The notes under the pieces: model-generated | What the model was told of the DNA's origin: nothing | Database searches by the model: none | The model's input: only the letters and a program-made list of their open reading frames with translations | Shown: positions 38,441-47,749 of the stretch, piece by piece | Position numbering within the stretch: the stretch's first letter is position 1 | Layout of the letters: every line of letters starts with the position of its first letter | Source: Acidimicrobiia bacterium | GTDB taxonomy: Bacteria; Actinomycetota; Acidimicrobiia; Acidimicrobiales; UBA8592 | Length of the DNA: 64,000 nucleotides | Direction: 5' to 3' | Assembly: GCA_030431575.1 (NCBI GenBank) | Contig: JAUIIS010000002.1 | Location: 3,589-67,588 of the forward strand | Program-made: the position numbers and the translations under genes

Positions 38441-39346
38441 ATGGCTTCACCCGAACCAATGTCTCCTTGGTCGCTCTGGGTAGCAGGAGCGCGCCCGAAG
38501 ACGCTGCCGGCAGCCATTGTTCCGGTGGTGGTTGGAACCGCAGCTGCAGCCGACGGGTCAGGTGGGAGTAACGGCATTATCTGGTGGCGCGTCGCCTTGG
38601 CGATGCTGGTCTCGCTGTCGCTGCAGGTGGCTGTGAACTACGCCAACGACTACTCCGATGGGGTGCGTGGCACCGACGACGACCGAGTCGGCCCACTTCG
38701 GTTGGTGGGATCGGGTTTGGTCGCGCCCAAAGTCGTCAAAGCCGCTGCGTTTGCGGCGTTCGGGTTTGCTGCGGTCTGTGGATTGGTGCTGGCTCTGGCT
38801 ACGAGTTGGTGGTTGGTGGCTGTTGGGGTCGCTTGCATCCTGGCCGGTTGGTTCTACACCGGGGGAGCGAACCCCTATGGGTACCTCGGGTTGGGCGAGG
38901 TCTTTGTGTTCGTGTTCTTTGGCTTGGTGGCCACGGTTGGTTCTGCGTTTGTGCAGACCGAGTCGGTGCAGGGTTGGGTTGTCGTTTGCGCCGTACCCGT
39001 GGGTTTGTTGGCCACTGCGTTGCTGGTCACCAACAACCTGCGTGACATCCCGACCGACACCGAATCAGGCAAGCGCACGCTCGCCGTGCGCTTGGGGGAC
39101 CAAGGCACACGCTGGCTCTACATGGCGATGTTGGCCACCACCTTCCTTATCGTCGTTGCAGTCGGCCTGGGGTGGCGCTCGGCGGCGTTGCTTGGGTTGC
39201 TTGCGTTTCCGGTTGCCGTTGCGCCTGCACGCGTAGTGCAGTCGGGTGCGACGGGGTTGGCGCTCGTGGCAGTCCTGGCTGGCACGGCGCGCACGCAGCT
39301 CGTCTTCGGCATCACGTTCGCTTTGGGCCTTTGGATCGGCGCGTAG
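38441..39346 (+). CDS. menA: 1,4-dihydroxy-2-naphthoate polyprenyltransferase
   Basis: UbiA-family membrane protein with ARPKTLPAA, NYANDYSDGVRGTDDDRVGP and NNLRDIPTDTESGKRTLAV. ATG 38441 is preferred over 38390. Confidence 0.87.
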   Translation: MASPEPMSPWSLWVAGARPKTLPAAIVPVVVGTAAAADGSGGSNGIIWWRVALAMLVSLSLQVAVNYANDYSDGVRGTDDDRVGPLRLVGSGLVAPKVVKAAAFAAFGFAAVCGLVLALATSWWLVAVGVACILAGWFYTGGANPYGYLGLGEVFVFVFFGLVATVGSAFVQTESVQGWVVVCAVPVGLLATALLVTNNLRDIPTDTESGKRTLAVRLGDQGTRWLYMAMLATTFLIVVAVGLGWRSAALLGLLAFPVAVAPARVVQSGATGLALVAVLAGTARTQLVFGITFALGLWIGA

Positions 39347-39374
39347 CCCACCGCTGGGACGCGAGAAGCCGGGC

Positions 39375-39734
39375 CTAACCAGCGGGCTGGTTGAACTCGA
39401 TGCGGTTGCCGTCGGGGTCATGGAAGAACGCCTGGAGCGCGCTCCCTATGGGTTGGGGGTCTGTGACCTCGATGCCGTGCGAGCGGACATGGGCACAAGC
39501 TTCCTCGATGTTGGTCACCTCGAAGGCGAAGTGCTGCCCAACGTCTTGGGGGATGCGATCCAGTTCCAGGAGGTGCACTTGTCGCCCCGCTCCAACTTCG
39601 AGCCACCGGCCAGCGAACCCGAGGTCTGGCCGGTCAAGGACTTTGAGACCCAAGATGTCAACGTAGAACGCATGCGACCTCTCGATGTCTGCCACGTTTA
39701 GCGAGACGTGATGGATGTTGGCTACCAATGACAT
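39375..39734 (-). CDS. VOC/glyoxalase-family protein
   Basis: IHHVSLNVADIERSHAFYVDILGL, HFAFEV and FFHDPDGNRIEF; 119 aa. Confidence 0.85.
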   Translation of the reverse strand: MSLVANIHHVSLNVADIERSHAFYVDILGLKVLDRPDLGFAGRWLEVGAGRQVHLLELDRIPQDVGQHFAFEVTNIEEACAHVRSHGIEVTDPQPIGSALQAFFHDPDGNRIEFNQPAG

Positions 39735-39743
39735 GGACAGAGG

Positions 39744-40442
39744 TTAGTCCCTGGTCCCCAAGTAGAGCTGAGCGGCGCCTGGGGCGAAGAGCTGACGGCT
39801 GGCATTGCTAAAGCCGGCGGCTCGCAGTTGGTCGATGAGCACTTTGGGCTCGGGCAAGTAGGCCAGAGACTTTGGCAGATAGCTGTAGGCGTTCTTGTCC
39901 GACAGCAGCCCGCCGATCTTGGGCACGATGCGTTCGAAATAGATGCTGTGCCCCGCTCGCAGAACCGGGTTGTCGGGCTTGGCAGCGTCGAGCAAAGCAA
40001 TGCGACCGCCCGGCCTCAACACCCGGCCCAACTCTTCAAAGAATGGCTGCAACTCGACGAGGTTGCGCAAGGCGAAGCCGCAGGTTGCTCCATCGACTGA
40101 CGAGTCAGCCAAAGGCAGGCGCAAGATGTCGGCCTGGAGCAGCGGAGCCACCGTGCGCGCTGCGCTCAACATGCCATGGCTGATATCGAACCCGATGGGG
40201 ACGAGACCGGCGCGGGCGAGGTCGTTGCAGAAGTCACCGGTCCCGCAGGCCAGGTCGATCACGGACTCGCCGGCGCGCAGACCCATGAGATCGACTGTCT
40301 TGCGTCGCCAGCGAACGTCGAGCCGGAACGTCATGATCCTGTTGACGAGGTCATAGCGGGGGGCGATGGTGTCGAACATCGACCGTACTTCACGGACCTT
40401 CTGGTCGCCTTGGGGGAGGTGTTCTGGGTCGATGGTGCTCAC
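39744..40442 (-). CDS. menG: demethylmenaquinone methyltransferase (UbiE/MenG family)
   Basis: FDTIAPRYDLVNRIMTF, SAM motif VIDLACGTGDF, FALRNL and a menA neighbour. Confidence 0.87.
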   Translation of the reverse strand: MSTIDPEHLPQGDQKVREVRSMFDTIAPRYDLVNRIMTFRLDVRWRRKTVDLMGLRAGESVIDLACGTGDFCNDLARAGLVPIGFDISHGMLSAARTVAPLLQADILRLPLADSSVDGATCGFALRNLVELQPFFEELGRVLRPGGRIALLDAAKPDNPVLRAGHSIYFERIVPKIGGLLSDKNAYSYLPKSLAYLPEPKVLIDQLRAAGFSNASRQLFAPGAAQLYLGTRD

Positions 40443-41512
40443 GGTTCGATGCTATTAGCCCGCTTTGGCGCGGCCACAGCCACCTCGTGATTTGCTCGCA
40501 ATTGACCGCACGCTGCGTCTATGTCGGTGCCGCGGTTCTTGCGCACGGTCGCATTGACCCCCATCTTTTCCAGATGGTCCCGAAACCCGTTGACGCGCGA
40601 GAGAGGCGTGCCTCGTACCGCGTACCCCGGGGTGGGGTTGAGCGGGATGAGATTGACATGGGCCCGCAGGTGCCGACACAGCTTGGCGAGCTGCTCCGCG
40701 TCGACAGCGCGGTCGTTGACGTTGTCGATCATTGCCCACTCGAAGGACAATCGGCGGTTCTTTATGCGCAGGTAGTCGGCGCAGGCATCAACGAGGTCGC
40801 CAATGGGGTAGCGCTTGTTGATGGGTACGAGTTCGTTGCGTAGGTCGTCGTTTGCAGCATGGAGGGATACCGCCAGATTCACGGGTAGGTCCTCGTTGGC
40901 CATCCGACGTATGCCCGGGACGATGCCCACGGTTGAAACGGTGATGTGGCGAGCCGAGACGCCAATGTCGCCGTGGATACGTTCGACTGCACCCCAAGTG
41001 GCGTCGTAGTTGGCCATTGGTTCGCCCATGCCCATGAAGACAATGTTTGAGACCCGCCGCGGCTGTGCTTCGCGGATGGAACGCACGACCTGCTCCACGA
41101 TCTCGCCCACATTGAGCTGGCGCTCAAAGCCCGCTTGGCCCGTGGCGCAAAAGTCGCAGGCCATGGCGCAGCCAGCTTGCGAGCTTACGCACACCGTGCT
41201 GCGCTTGTTGTAGTGCATAAGGACGGTCTCAACCGTTGCTCCGCCATGCAGCTGCCACAGCCACTTGACGGTGTCGCCGTTGGGGGTGGTGGAGCGGGCA
41301 GTTTCGGTGAGCGCATAGGGCAGCGACTCGGCCAAATGGGCCCGCAAGTCCTTTGAGACACTGGTCATGTCATCAAAGTCCTCGAAGCGCTTGTAGAGGC
41401 CGTCCCAGACTTGGTCTACGCGGTACCGCGGTTCGCCCTTGAGATGGTCAGCGAAGCTTTCGCGATCGAGGAGGTAGCGGTTAAGCGGCGGTGGCGTCTT
41501 AGTCATGGTCAC
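40439..41512 (-). CDS. rlmN: 23S rRNA (adenine2503-C2)-methyltransferase RlmN (radical SAM)
   Basis: YRVDQVW, radical-SAM cluster SSQAGCAMACDFCATG, MGMGEP and DIDAACGQL. Confidence 0.93.
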   Translation of the reverse strand: MTMTKTPPPLNRYLLDRESFADHLKGEPRYRVDQVWDGLYKRFEDFDDMTSVSKDLRAHLAESLPYALTETARSTTPNGDTVKWLWQLHGGATVETVLMHYNKRSTVCVSSQAGCAMACDFCATGQAGFERQLNVGEIVEQVVRSIREAQPRRVSNIVFMGMGEPMANYDATWGAVERIHGDIGVSARHITVSTVGIVPGIRRMANEDLPVNLAVSLHAANDDLRNELVPINKRYPIGDLVDACADYLRIKNRRLSFEWAMIDNVNDRAVDAEQLAKLCRHLRAHVNLIPLNPTPGYAVRGTPLSRVNGFRDHLEKMGVNATVRKNRGTDIDAACGQLRANHEVAVAAPKRANSIEP

Positions 41513-41518
41513 GGTTGT

Positions 41519-42211
41519 CTACTTGGCAGTGGTGAAGGCTCGGTTGATGCTGTGCGTGGAGAACCCGAGCCGATCGTAAGTGGCCAGCGCGGGTGCATTG
41601 TCCGCTTCGACATAGAGATTGGCGACCGTTATTCCTTGATCGCTCATCCACTCAAGACCAGCGAGTGTCATTGGCCCCCCAAGCCCGCGGCCGTGGAAGT
41701 CTGGGTCGATTGCGATCACGTAGATTTCGCCAATCACGGGTGTGAGCTCCTGGTGGAGTTTGGTCCAGCAGAAGCCGGCCATTACCCCGTCCAGTTCGAG
41801 AATCCGGAAACCCTGTGGATTGAACCAGGGTTCAGCCATTGCGTCGTCGAGACGAGCCTGATCGAAGCCGGATTGTTCGGGGTGCCAAGCAAACGCTCGG
41901 TTGTTCACTGCGAAGAACGCCTCGGCGTCTGTGCTGGGATCAAACGCTCGGGTGAGGAGACCACTTGGAGGCGCAGGCAGCGGCCGTCTGAGCTGCAACA
42001 GGTCGCGGTAGGGAGTGGCCAGATGTTCAAGGATTGCAGTATCGCTGTCGTGGGCTTCTTCGAGCCAGATCTGTTTGGGTGCCCCCGACGGCCCCAGGTT
42101 CGCGAGCTCAGTGGCGACATCGGCTGCCAAGCTGGCACGCGGATGGTCTGAGGAGACCGAGAGCGACGCTGCGAAGTCGCTGTTTTCTAGGGTTGTGCTC
42201 GTGATGGTCAC
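41519..42211 (-). CDS. mshD: mycothiol synthase MshD-like GNAT acetyltransferase (short N-terminal domain)
   Basis: RDLLQLRRPL, VNNRAFAWHPEQSGF, EPWFNPQGF, GFCWTKLH, GEIYVIAIDPDFHGRGLG and LYVEADNAPALATYDRLGF match my recollection of the MshD C-terminal catalytic domain block for block. The start is GTG 42211 or ATG 42280. Confidence 0.7.
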   Translation of the reverse strand: MTITSTTLENSDFAASLSVSSDHPRASLAADVATELANLGPSGAPKQIWLEEAHDSDTAILEHLATPYRDLLQLRRPLPAPPSGLLTRAFDPSTDAEAFFAVNNRAFAWHPEQSGFDQARLDDAMAEPWFNPQGFRILELDGVMAGFCWTKLHQELTPVIGEIYVIAIDPDFHGRGLGGPMTLAGLEWMSDQGITVANLYVEADNAPALATYDRLGFSTHSINRAFTTAK

Positions 42212-42235
42212 CCTGAGAGCGTATCGTCGTTGCTC

Positions 42236-42886
42236 ATGGCCAGACCGAGGACACCAAAGGGGCGAGCCCAACGGACGCACCTGCTGCTCAAGGACGAGTA
42301 CCCCGAAGCGGAGTGCGAGCTCGACTACTCCACGCCGTTCGAGCTGCTGACCGCCACCATCTTGTCTGCCCAGGCCACCGACGTTTCGGTCAACAAGGCA
42401 ACGCCCAAACTGTTCGAGGCATATCCAACCCCTGCTGACCTGGCCGCAGCGTCGCCCGAAGAGATCGAGCCATACATCAACTCCATCGGCCTGTTCCGTT
42501 CAAAGGCCAAAAACGTGGTGGGCATGGCCAACCGCCTCGTCGACGAGTACGGGGGCGAGGTCCCGGGAGCGATGTCGGACCTCGTGTCGCTGCCCGGGGT
42601 TGGCCGCAAAACTGCGAACGTCGTGCGCAGCGTGGCCCTTGGCCTTCCCGGCCTGCCGGTGGACACCCACGTGGGCCGGTTGGTGCGACGCCTCGATATC
42701 ACTCAGGAGACAGATGCTGTAAAGGTTGAGCTCGCGCTCAACCCCATGGTGCCGGCTGGCGAGCGTGGCGAGTTCAGCTTGCGCATCATCTTGCATGGCC
42801 GCCGGGTGTGTTTTGCTCGCAATCCGGCCTGTGATTTGTGCGTCCTGGCCTCGTTTTGTCCCTCCGCTGGCACCTTTGCCGGCTGA
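42236..42886 (+). CDS. nth: endonuclease III
   Basis: HhH-GPD (LPGVGRKTANVV, VDTHV) and an FeS cluster loop (CFARNPACDLCVLASFC). The start is ATG 42236 or TTG 42230. Confidence 0.9.
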   Translation: MARPRTPKGRAQRTHLLLKDEYPEAECELDYSTPFELLTATILSAQATDVSVNKATPKLFEAYPTPADLAAASPEEIEPYINSIGLFRSKAKNVVGMANRLVDEYGGEVPGAMSDLVSLPGVGRKTANVVRSVALGLPGLPVDTHVGRLVRRLDITQETDAVKVELALNPMVPAGERGEFSLRIILHGRRVCFARNPACDLCVLASFCPSAGTFAG

Positions 42887-42976
42887 GTTGTGGCATTTGT
42901 CACCTGCGGAGGCAGCTGGGTGACCCACTCAATGAGAACGAACAAACGATTCTGCCAAGAACGTTCCGTACATGGT

Positions 42977-43005
42977 TTCCACAGCGCTGCAATCCTGTGT
43001 AGTGT
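42977..43005 (+). promoter_or_regulatory. candidate promoter of the C-rich-loop sRNA
   Basis: TTCCAC (42977-42982), a 17-nt spacer, then TAGTGT (43000-43005, fits TANNNT), in an AT-richer non-coding stretch. Confidence 0.35.
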
Positions 43006-43011
43006 GAGGTT

Positions 43012-43113
43012 TCCAGGTTCCCGCCACCTGGTATGGCGACACACATATCGGGATCCGCCGCCCGATGTCGCCTAGGCCGGCACCCCTTTCCCCAGGGGTG
43101 CCGGTCGCCTTTT
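43012..43113 (+). ncRNA. candidate small RNA with three hairpins carrying C-rich loops (6C-like architecture)
   Basis: Hairpin 1 is CCAGG(43013-17)/CCUGG(43027-31) with loop UUCCCGCCA. Hairpin 2 is GGCGAC(43035-40)+AUCGGG(43047-52)/CCCGAU(43061-66)+GUCGCC(43067-72) with loop AUCCGCCG. Hairpin 3 is the terminator. No CDS lies in the 247-nt gap. Confidence 0.4.
43077..43113 (+). terminator. intrinsic terminator
   Basis: Perfect 10-bp stem CCGGCACCCC/GGGGUGCCGG with loop UUUCCCCA, followed by UCGCCUUUU. Confidence 0.65.
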
Positions 43114-43133
43114 CCGTCGGCCGGTTCGCCGGG

Positions 43134-43316
43134 TTACCTAGTGGCCCGGTGCAGGCGCCGTGACGCAGCGCGCAGGGACCGCTCGACCTCGAAGAGCTCG
43201 TGGGCGATGTCCTCTCGGCCTTCTCCTTCGAAGACGCGGGCGGCAGCCACCACGCGGATGGTGATGTCTTCAAGTTGAGTGGAGACAGACGACAATTCGG
43301 CGCGGGCGCTTTCCAT
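43134..43316 (-). CDS. small hypothetical helical protein (60 aa)
   Basis: MESARAELSSVSTQLEDITIRVVAAARVFEGEGREDIAHELFEVERSLRAASRRLHRATR. The third-position GC bias is coding-like, and it is divergent from hisD. I recognise no family. Confidence 0.4.
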   Translation of the reverse strand: MESARAELSSVSTQLEDITIRVVAAARVFEGEGREDIAHELFEVERSLRAASRRLHRATR

Positions 43317-43395
43317 GCCCAGTGTCTATCGCGACCCGCTGGTGATGCGCGCAATTGGTTCGCCGACCTGGTCCTGTGACTTGTAGGTTGAACGG

Positions 43396-44685
43396 GTGCT
43401 GAACCGACTTGACCTGCGCGGACTCGACCCAAACACGCTGGGCGACCACCTTCCTCGGCCTGTCGTGGACGGCGACGAGCCTGTCGACGTCGTGCGCGAA
43501 ATCATCGCCGACGTTCGCCATCGCGGAGACGACGCGTTACGGCACTACGCAGACAAGTTCGATGGTGGCGCGCCGGACCAGTTCCGCCTGCCCGCAAATG
43601 CCTTAGATGCCGCATACCAGCGCATCGACGCCCGACTTCGGGACGCGTTGGAATTGGCGGCCGAAAGCATCACTGCGTTCCACCAGACACAACGCCAACA
43701 ACCCCACCGCCACCAGCACCGCGGCATGGTCATCGACGGGGTCCAACAGCCTGTGCGACGCGCCGGTTGCTATGTGCCCGGTGGCCGCGCCGCATACCCC
43801 TCCACGGTCCTCATGACCGCGGTCCCAGCGCGAGTAGCTGGTGTCGAAGAATTGTGCCTCTGCGTTCCTCCCGGGCCTGGCGGGCAGGTGGCGGATGTGG
43901 TCCTTGCTGCGGCAAAGATCGCGGGCGTCGACGAGGTCTATGTCGTCGGTGGGGCCCAAGCCATAGCGGCGATGGCCTACGGCACAGAATCCATAGCGGC
44001 GGTCGATGTGATTGCTGGTCCAGGAAACGTGTTCGTGGCCATCGCCAAGCGAGAAGTTGCTGGCGATGTTGGTGTCGCCGCGGCATTTGCTGGACCGTCC
44101 GAGATCGTCGTCATCGCCGATGAGACCGTTCCGGTGGATTTCGCAGCGATCGACGTCGTGGTCCAAGCCGAGCACGGTCCAGGTGGCCTGGCGTGGCTCA
44201 TTACGCCGAACAGCGACGTTGCCGATCAGGTGTGCGCGGCGGTGGAATCCATCACCGAGGCATCACCACGGCGAGAAGACATTGCGGCCACGCTCGAAGA
44301 GGGGGGCTATGCGGTGGTCGTCGATTCTGCTGAAGATGCCATGACGGTCGCCAACCTCATCGCCCCAGAACATCTCCAGCTCATGGTCGCTGACCCGCAA
44401 GCGTTGGTCCCTCTTGTTCGGAACGCTGGAGCAGTGTTCTGTGGGCCGTTGTCACCCGCTTCGGTGGGCGACTACGTGGCCGGCCCTTCCCATGTGCTGC
44501 CTACCAACGGCACCGCACGATTTGCGGGGGCACTAACCGTGGCTGACTTCTGTAAGGACATCCACATTGTGACACTGGACCAGGCCGCAATCGATCAGGT
44601 GGCCGACGCGGTGGCCACCATTGCTGACGCCGAGGGCTTAGTTGCCCACGCCGCGTCGGTACGTATGCGACAGGGTCCACGATGA
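43396..44685 (+). CDS. hisD: histidinol dehydrogenase
   Basis: DDALRHYADKFDG, YVPGGRAAYPSTVLM, AGPSEI, QAEHGP and APEHL; 429 aa. Confidence 0.95.
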   Translation: MLNRLDLRGLDPNTLGDHLPRPVVDGDEPVDVVREIIADVRHRGDDALRHYADKFDGGAPDQFRLPANALDAAYQRIDARLRDALELAAESITAFHQTQRQQPHRHQHRGMVIDGVQQPVRRAGCYVPGGRAAYPSTVLMTAVPARVAGVEELCLCVPPGPGGQVADVVLAAAKIAGVDEVYVVGGAQAIAAMAYGTESIAAVDVIAGPGNVFVAIAKREVAGDVGVAAAFAGPSEIVVIADETVPVDFAAIDVVVQAEHGPGGLAWLITPNSDVADQVCAAVESITEASPRREDIAATLEEGGYAVVVDSAEDAMTVANLIAPEHLQLMVADPQALVPLVRNAGAVFCGPLSPASVGDYVAGPSHVLPTNGTARFAGALTVADFCKDIHIVTLDQAAIDQVADAVATIADAEGLVAHAASVRMRQGPR

Positions 44686-45752
44686 AGCGCCCACAGGTCC
44701 GCGACGATCTTGCGTTGATGGAGGGGTATCACTCGCCCCAGGTCGAAGTTTCGGTGCGGCTCAATACCAACGAGAGCCCGGTTCCGCCTCCTGCTGCCTG
44801 GAGCGACGCACTGCATGCCGAAATGTCCCAGATCAGCTGGAATCGGTACCCCGACCGCAACGCGACGGCGCTGCGCGCCGGATTGGCAGAGCTGTACGAG
44901 GTGGACCCGTCCATGGTCTTTGCGGCCAACGGCTCTAACGAGGTCCTGCAGTGCTTGCTGCTGGCATACGGCGGCCCGGGCAGAAGTGCTGGCCTGTTCG
45001 AACCTACCTATGCGTTGCACAGCCACATCGCAAAGGTGACGGGCACCGCCGTTGTCGAAGGAGAACGGGCACCGGACTACTCGCTCGATCCGGCCGAAGT
45101 CGACCGAGTCTTGTCCCAGGAGCCAAACGTTGTGTTTCTTTGTTCCCCCAACAACCCGACAGGCATGGTCGAAGACCCCGACGCCGTGCGCTCCATCGTT
45201 GAGCGGGTGGGCAACTACGGCGGGTTGGTTGTGGTTGATGAGGCGTACGGCCAGTTTGCTCCGTGGTCAGCAGTTGGGTTGGTCGACGACGATCAGCCGG
45301 TCGCTGTGTCTCGCACGTTCTCCAAGACGTGGAGCATGGCCGCTGCCCGCCTCGGGTACATGGTCGCCCCAACGTGGGTGGTGAACGCGCTCGAGAGCGT
45401 GGTGCTCCCATATCACCTAGACGCAGCCAAGCAGCTTGCCGGCACGTTGGCCTTGCGGTTCGAGCCAGAGATGCGAGACCGAGTTGCCCAACTGGTCGAG
45501 CAGCGCGACATCGTGGCCGCTGGGCTTGGTGAGTTACCCGTTGCCACATGGGACTCCGGCGCTAACTTTGTGCTGTTCCGCCCTTTGAACATGACCGGAG
45601 ATGACGTCTGGGAACAGCTTCTCGCTCGCGACGTCCTGGTTCGAAACTGTGCCTCCTGGCCCCGGCTGTCGGGTTGCCTTCGAGTCACGATTGGGACCCC
45701 CGAAGAAAACAGGGCGTTTCTTGGCGCTTTGGGCGAGATACTGAAGCCATGA
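44682..45752 (+). CDS. hisC: histidinol-phosphate aminotransferase
   Basis: RLNTNESP, NRYPD, NPNNPTG and the PLP lysine in SRTFSKTWSMAAARLGY. It has an ATGA overlap with hisD. Confidence 0.93.
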   Translation: MKRPQVRDDLALMEGYHSPQVEVSVRLNTNESPVPPPAAWSDALHAEMSQISWNRYPDRNATALRAGLAELYEVDPSMVFAANGSNEVLQCLLLAYGGPGRSAGLFEPTYALHSHIAKVTGTAVVEGERAPDYSLDPAEVDRVLSQEPNVVFLCSPNNPTGMVEDPDAVRSIVERVGNYGGLVVVDEAYGQFAPWSAVGLVDDDQPVAVSRTFSKTWSMAAARLGYMVAPTWVVNALESVVLPYHLDAAKQLAGTLALRFEPEMRDRVAQLVEQRDIVAAGLGELPVATWDSGANFVLFRPLNMTGDDVWEQLLARDVLVRNCASWPRLSGCLRVTIGTPEENRAFLGALGEILKP

Positions 45753-46357
45753 CAGGTTCGCAGCCAGCACCACGAACGGCATCACGTAGCCGGGCCACAA
45801 AAGAGACGCAGATCGAGGTCCGGGTAGACATCGACGGTACCGGAGCCACAAACGTCGAGACCGGTCTGCCGTTCTTTGACCACATGCTCGACCAGCTTGG
45901 TCGTCACGGCGGCATGGACCTCGAGGTCTTCGCCAAGGGCGACATCGAGATAGACGCGCACCACACCGTCGAAGATGTTGGCATTGCCCTTGGCGACTGT
46001 TTTGGTGAGGCGCTGGGCGACAAGGCCGGTGTTCGGCGCTTTGCTACTGCGTCATGCCCGCTCGACGAGGCGCTCATCGATGTGGCCCTCGATCTGTCCG
46101 GAAGGCCGTACCTGCACTACGAGGTCGACCCACCCGGACAACAGATCTTGGGTGACCCGCCCTTTGATCCCCAGCTTGTCGAAGAGTTCTGGCGGGCATT
46201 CATCACCTCAGCGGGCATCACGCTGCATGTCTCGCTCGTCCGCGGAAAGAACACACACCACATCATCGAAGCCACCTTCAAGTCTGTCGCGCGTGCTTTG
46301 CGAGACGCGGTGCGGGTCGAAGGCGGCGGGGTGCCCTCTACCAAGGGTGTGCTGTGA
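45749..46357 (+). CDS. hisB: imidazoleglycerol-phosphate dehydratase
   Basis: RATKETQIEV, FFDHMLDQL, DAHHTVEDVGIALG and NTHHIIEATFKSVARAL. ATG 45749 overlaps the hisC stop. Confidence 0.93.
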   Translation: MTGSQPAPRTASRSRATKETQIEVRVDIDGTGATNVETGLPFFDHMLDQLGRHGGMDLEVFAKGDIEIDAHHTVEDVGIALGDCFGEALGDKAGVRRFATASCPLDEALIDVALDLSGRPYLHYEVDPPGQQILGDPPFDPQLVEEFWRAFITSAGITLHVSLVRGKNTHHIIEATFKSVARALRDAVRVEGGGVPSTKGVL

Positions 46358-47013
46358 GCCCCAGCTCAGAGAAAACCGCACCAAAGGTTGCGGTACTCGA
46401 CTACGGGATTGGCAACCTCCGATCGGCGCAGAAGGGCCTCGAGCGGGCTGGAGCAAACGCTCACCTAACCGCAGACCTAGAAGAAGTCCTAGAAGCAGAT
46501 GGGGTGGTCCTGCCCGGTGTTGGCAATTTCGGCCGCTGCGTCGATGCCCTGGCAGCCCACGGCGTCGACACCATTGCCCGCAAAGCCGCAAGTTCGGGCA
46601 AACCTTTCTTGGGTATCTGTGTTGGCATGCAGCTCTTGTTCGACGGCTCCGAGGAATCACCAGAGCACAGCGGGTTAGGCATCATTGGGGGCATGGTTCG
46701 ACAGATCCCGGGCCAGGTCAAGCGCCCACAAATGCAGTGGAATGCACTCCACCAGGTCCGGCCATCTCCGCTCTTGACCGGCCTCGATGGGGCCTGGCTC
46801 TACTTCGTGCACTCGTATGCGGCCGATCTTGACGTGACCGCCTCTTCGTCAGTGGTTACGGCCACCTGCGATTACGGCGGCCCGGTGGTGGCTTCCGTGC
46901 AACAAGACAACATATTCGCTACGCAATTCCACCCGGAAAAATCCAGCGAAGCCGGGCGCAAGCTCCTCACCAACTTCGTCGACCTGTGTCGTGGAGGTAC
47001 CGATGGCGCTTGA
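46354..47013 (+). CDS. hisH: imidazole glycerol phosphate synthase, glutamine amidotransferase subunit
   Basis: VAVLDYGIGNLRSAQKGL, the catalytic Cys in GICVGMQLLF, and FATQFHPEKS. Confidence 0.93.
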   Translation: MSPSSEKTAPKVAVLDYGIGNLRSAQKGLERAGANAHLTADLEEVLEADGVVLPGVGNFGRCVDALAAHGVDTIARKAASSGKPFLGICVGMQLLFDGSEESPEHSGLGIIGGMVRQIPGQVKRPQMQWNALHQVRPSPLLTGLDGAWLYFVHSYAADLDVTASSSVVTATCDYGGPVVASVQQDNIFATQFHPEKSSEAGRKLLTNFVDLCRGGTDGA

Positions 47014-47749
47014 CTTGTACCCCGCTATCGACCTCCGAGACGGTAAGTGTGTTCGCTTGATGCAAGGCGACTACGCCCGTGAAACCGTCTATGGCGACGA
47101 TCCCGTGGCACAAGCCCAGATCTTTGCCGAGGCTGGGGCGCCGTGGATTCATGTTGTGGATCTCGACGCTGCCCGTAGCGGAGACCCGCTGAACCGGTCC
47201 GTTGTGGCCGCAATCGCTGCAGGCGTCGATGTGCCTGTCCAGACTGGCGGGGGTGTGCGGACCGTCGAAGCTGCTCAGGCGCTATTCGATGCAGGCGTGG
47301 CCCGAGTCGTCATTGGCACTGCAGCAGTGGAGAACCCTGCGCTCGCTGAGCAGCTCACCTCAGCAGGACATGCCGTGGCCATTGGCCTCGATGGACGCAA
47401 CGGCAAGATCGCCACACACGGTTGGGAGACCGAGACAGATCTTGAAGTCGTTGCCATGGCTAAACGATTCGAAGACCTCGGAGTTGCTGCTGTTGTGGTC
47501 ACCGAGATCGCCCGCGATGGCACGCTAGAAGGACCAGACATCGAGGGGCTTTCGGCAGTTCTTGCTGGCACGACTATCGATGTCATTGCCTCCGGGGGAG
47601 TGGGTACTGTTGCGCATCTGCGTCAGCTCGCTGAACTCAACGTCGGAGGACGTGCGCTCGCTGGGGTGATCGCAGGCCGAGCTATCTACGAAGGCACTGT
47701 CGATCTTGCTGAAGGCTTGCGGGCATGTCTGGGCGAGGGCAAACAATGA
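47003..47749 (+). CDS. hisA: HisA/PriA-type ProFAR isomerase
   Basis: [30 protein letters not shown] and SGGVG. GGAGG lies upstream of ATG 47003. Confidence 0.9.
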   Translation: MALDLYPAIDLRDGKCVRLMQGDYARETVYGDDPVAQAQIFAEAGAPWIHVVDLDAARSGDPLNRSVVAAIAAGVDVPVQTGGGVRTVEAAQALFDAGVARVVIGTAAVENPALAEQLTSAGHAVAIGLDGRNGKIATHGWETETDLEVVAMAKRFEDLGVAAVVVTEIARDGTLEGPDIEGLSAVLAGTTIDVIASGGVGTVAHLRQLAELNVGGRALAGVIAGRAIYEGTVDLAEGLRACLGEGKQ

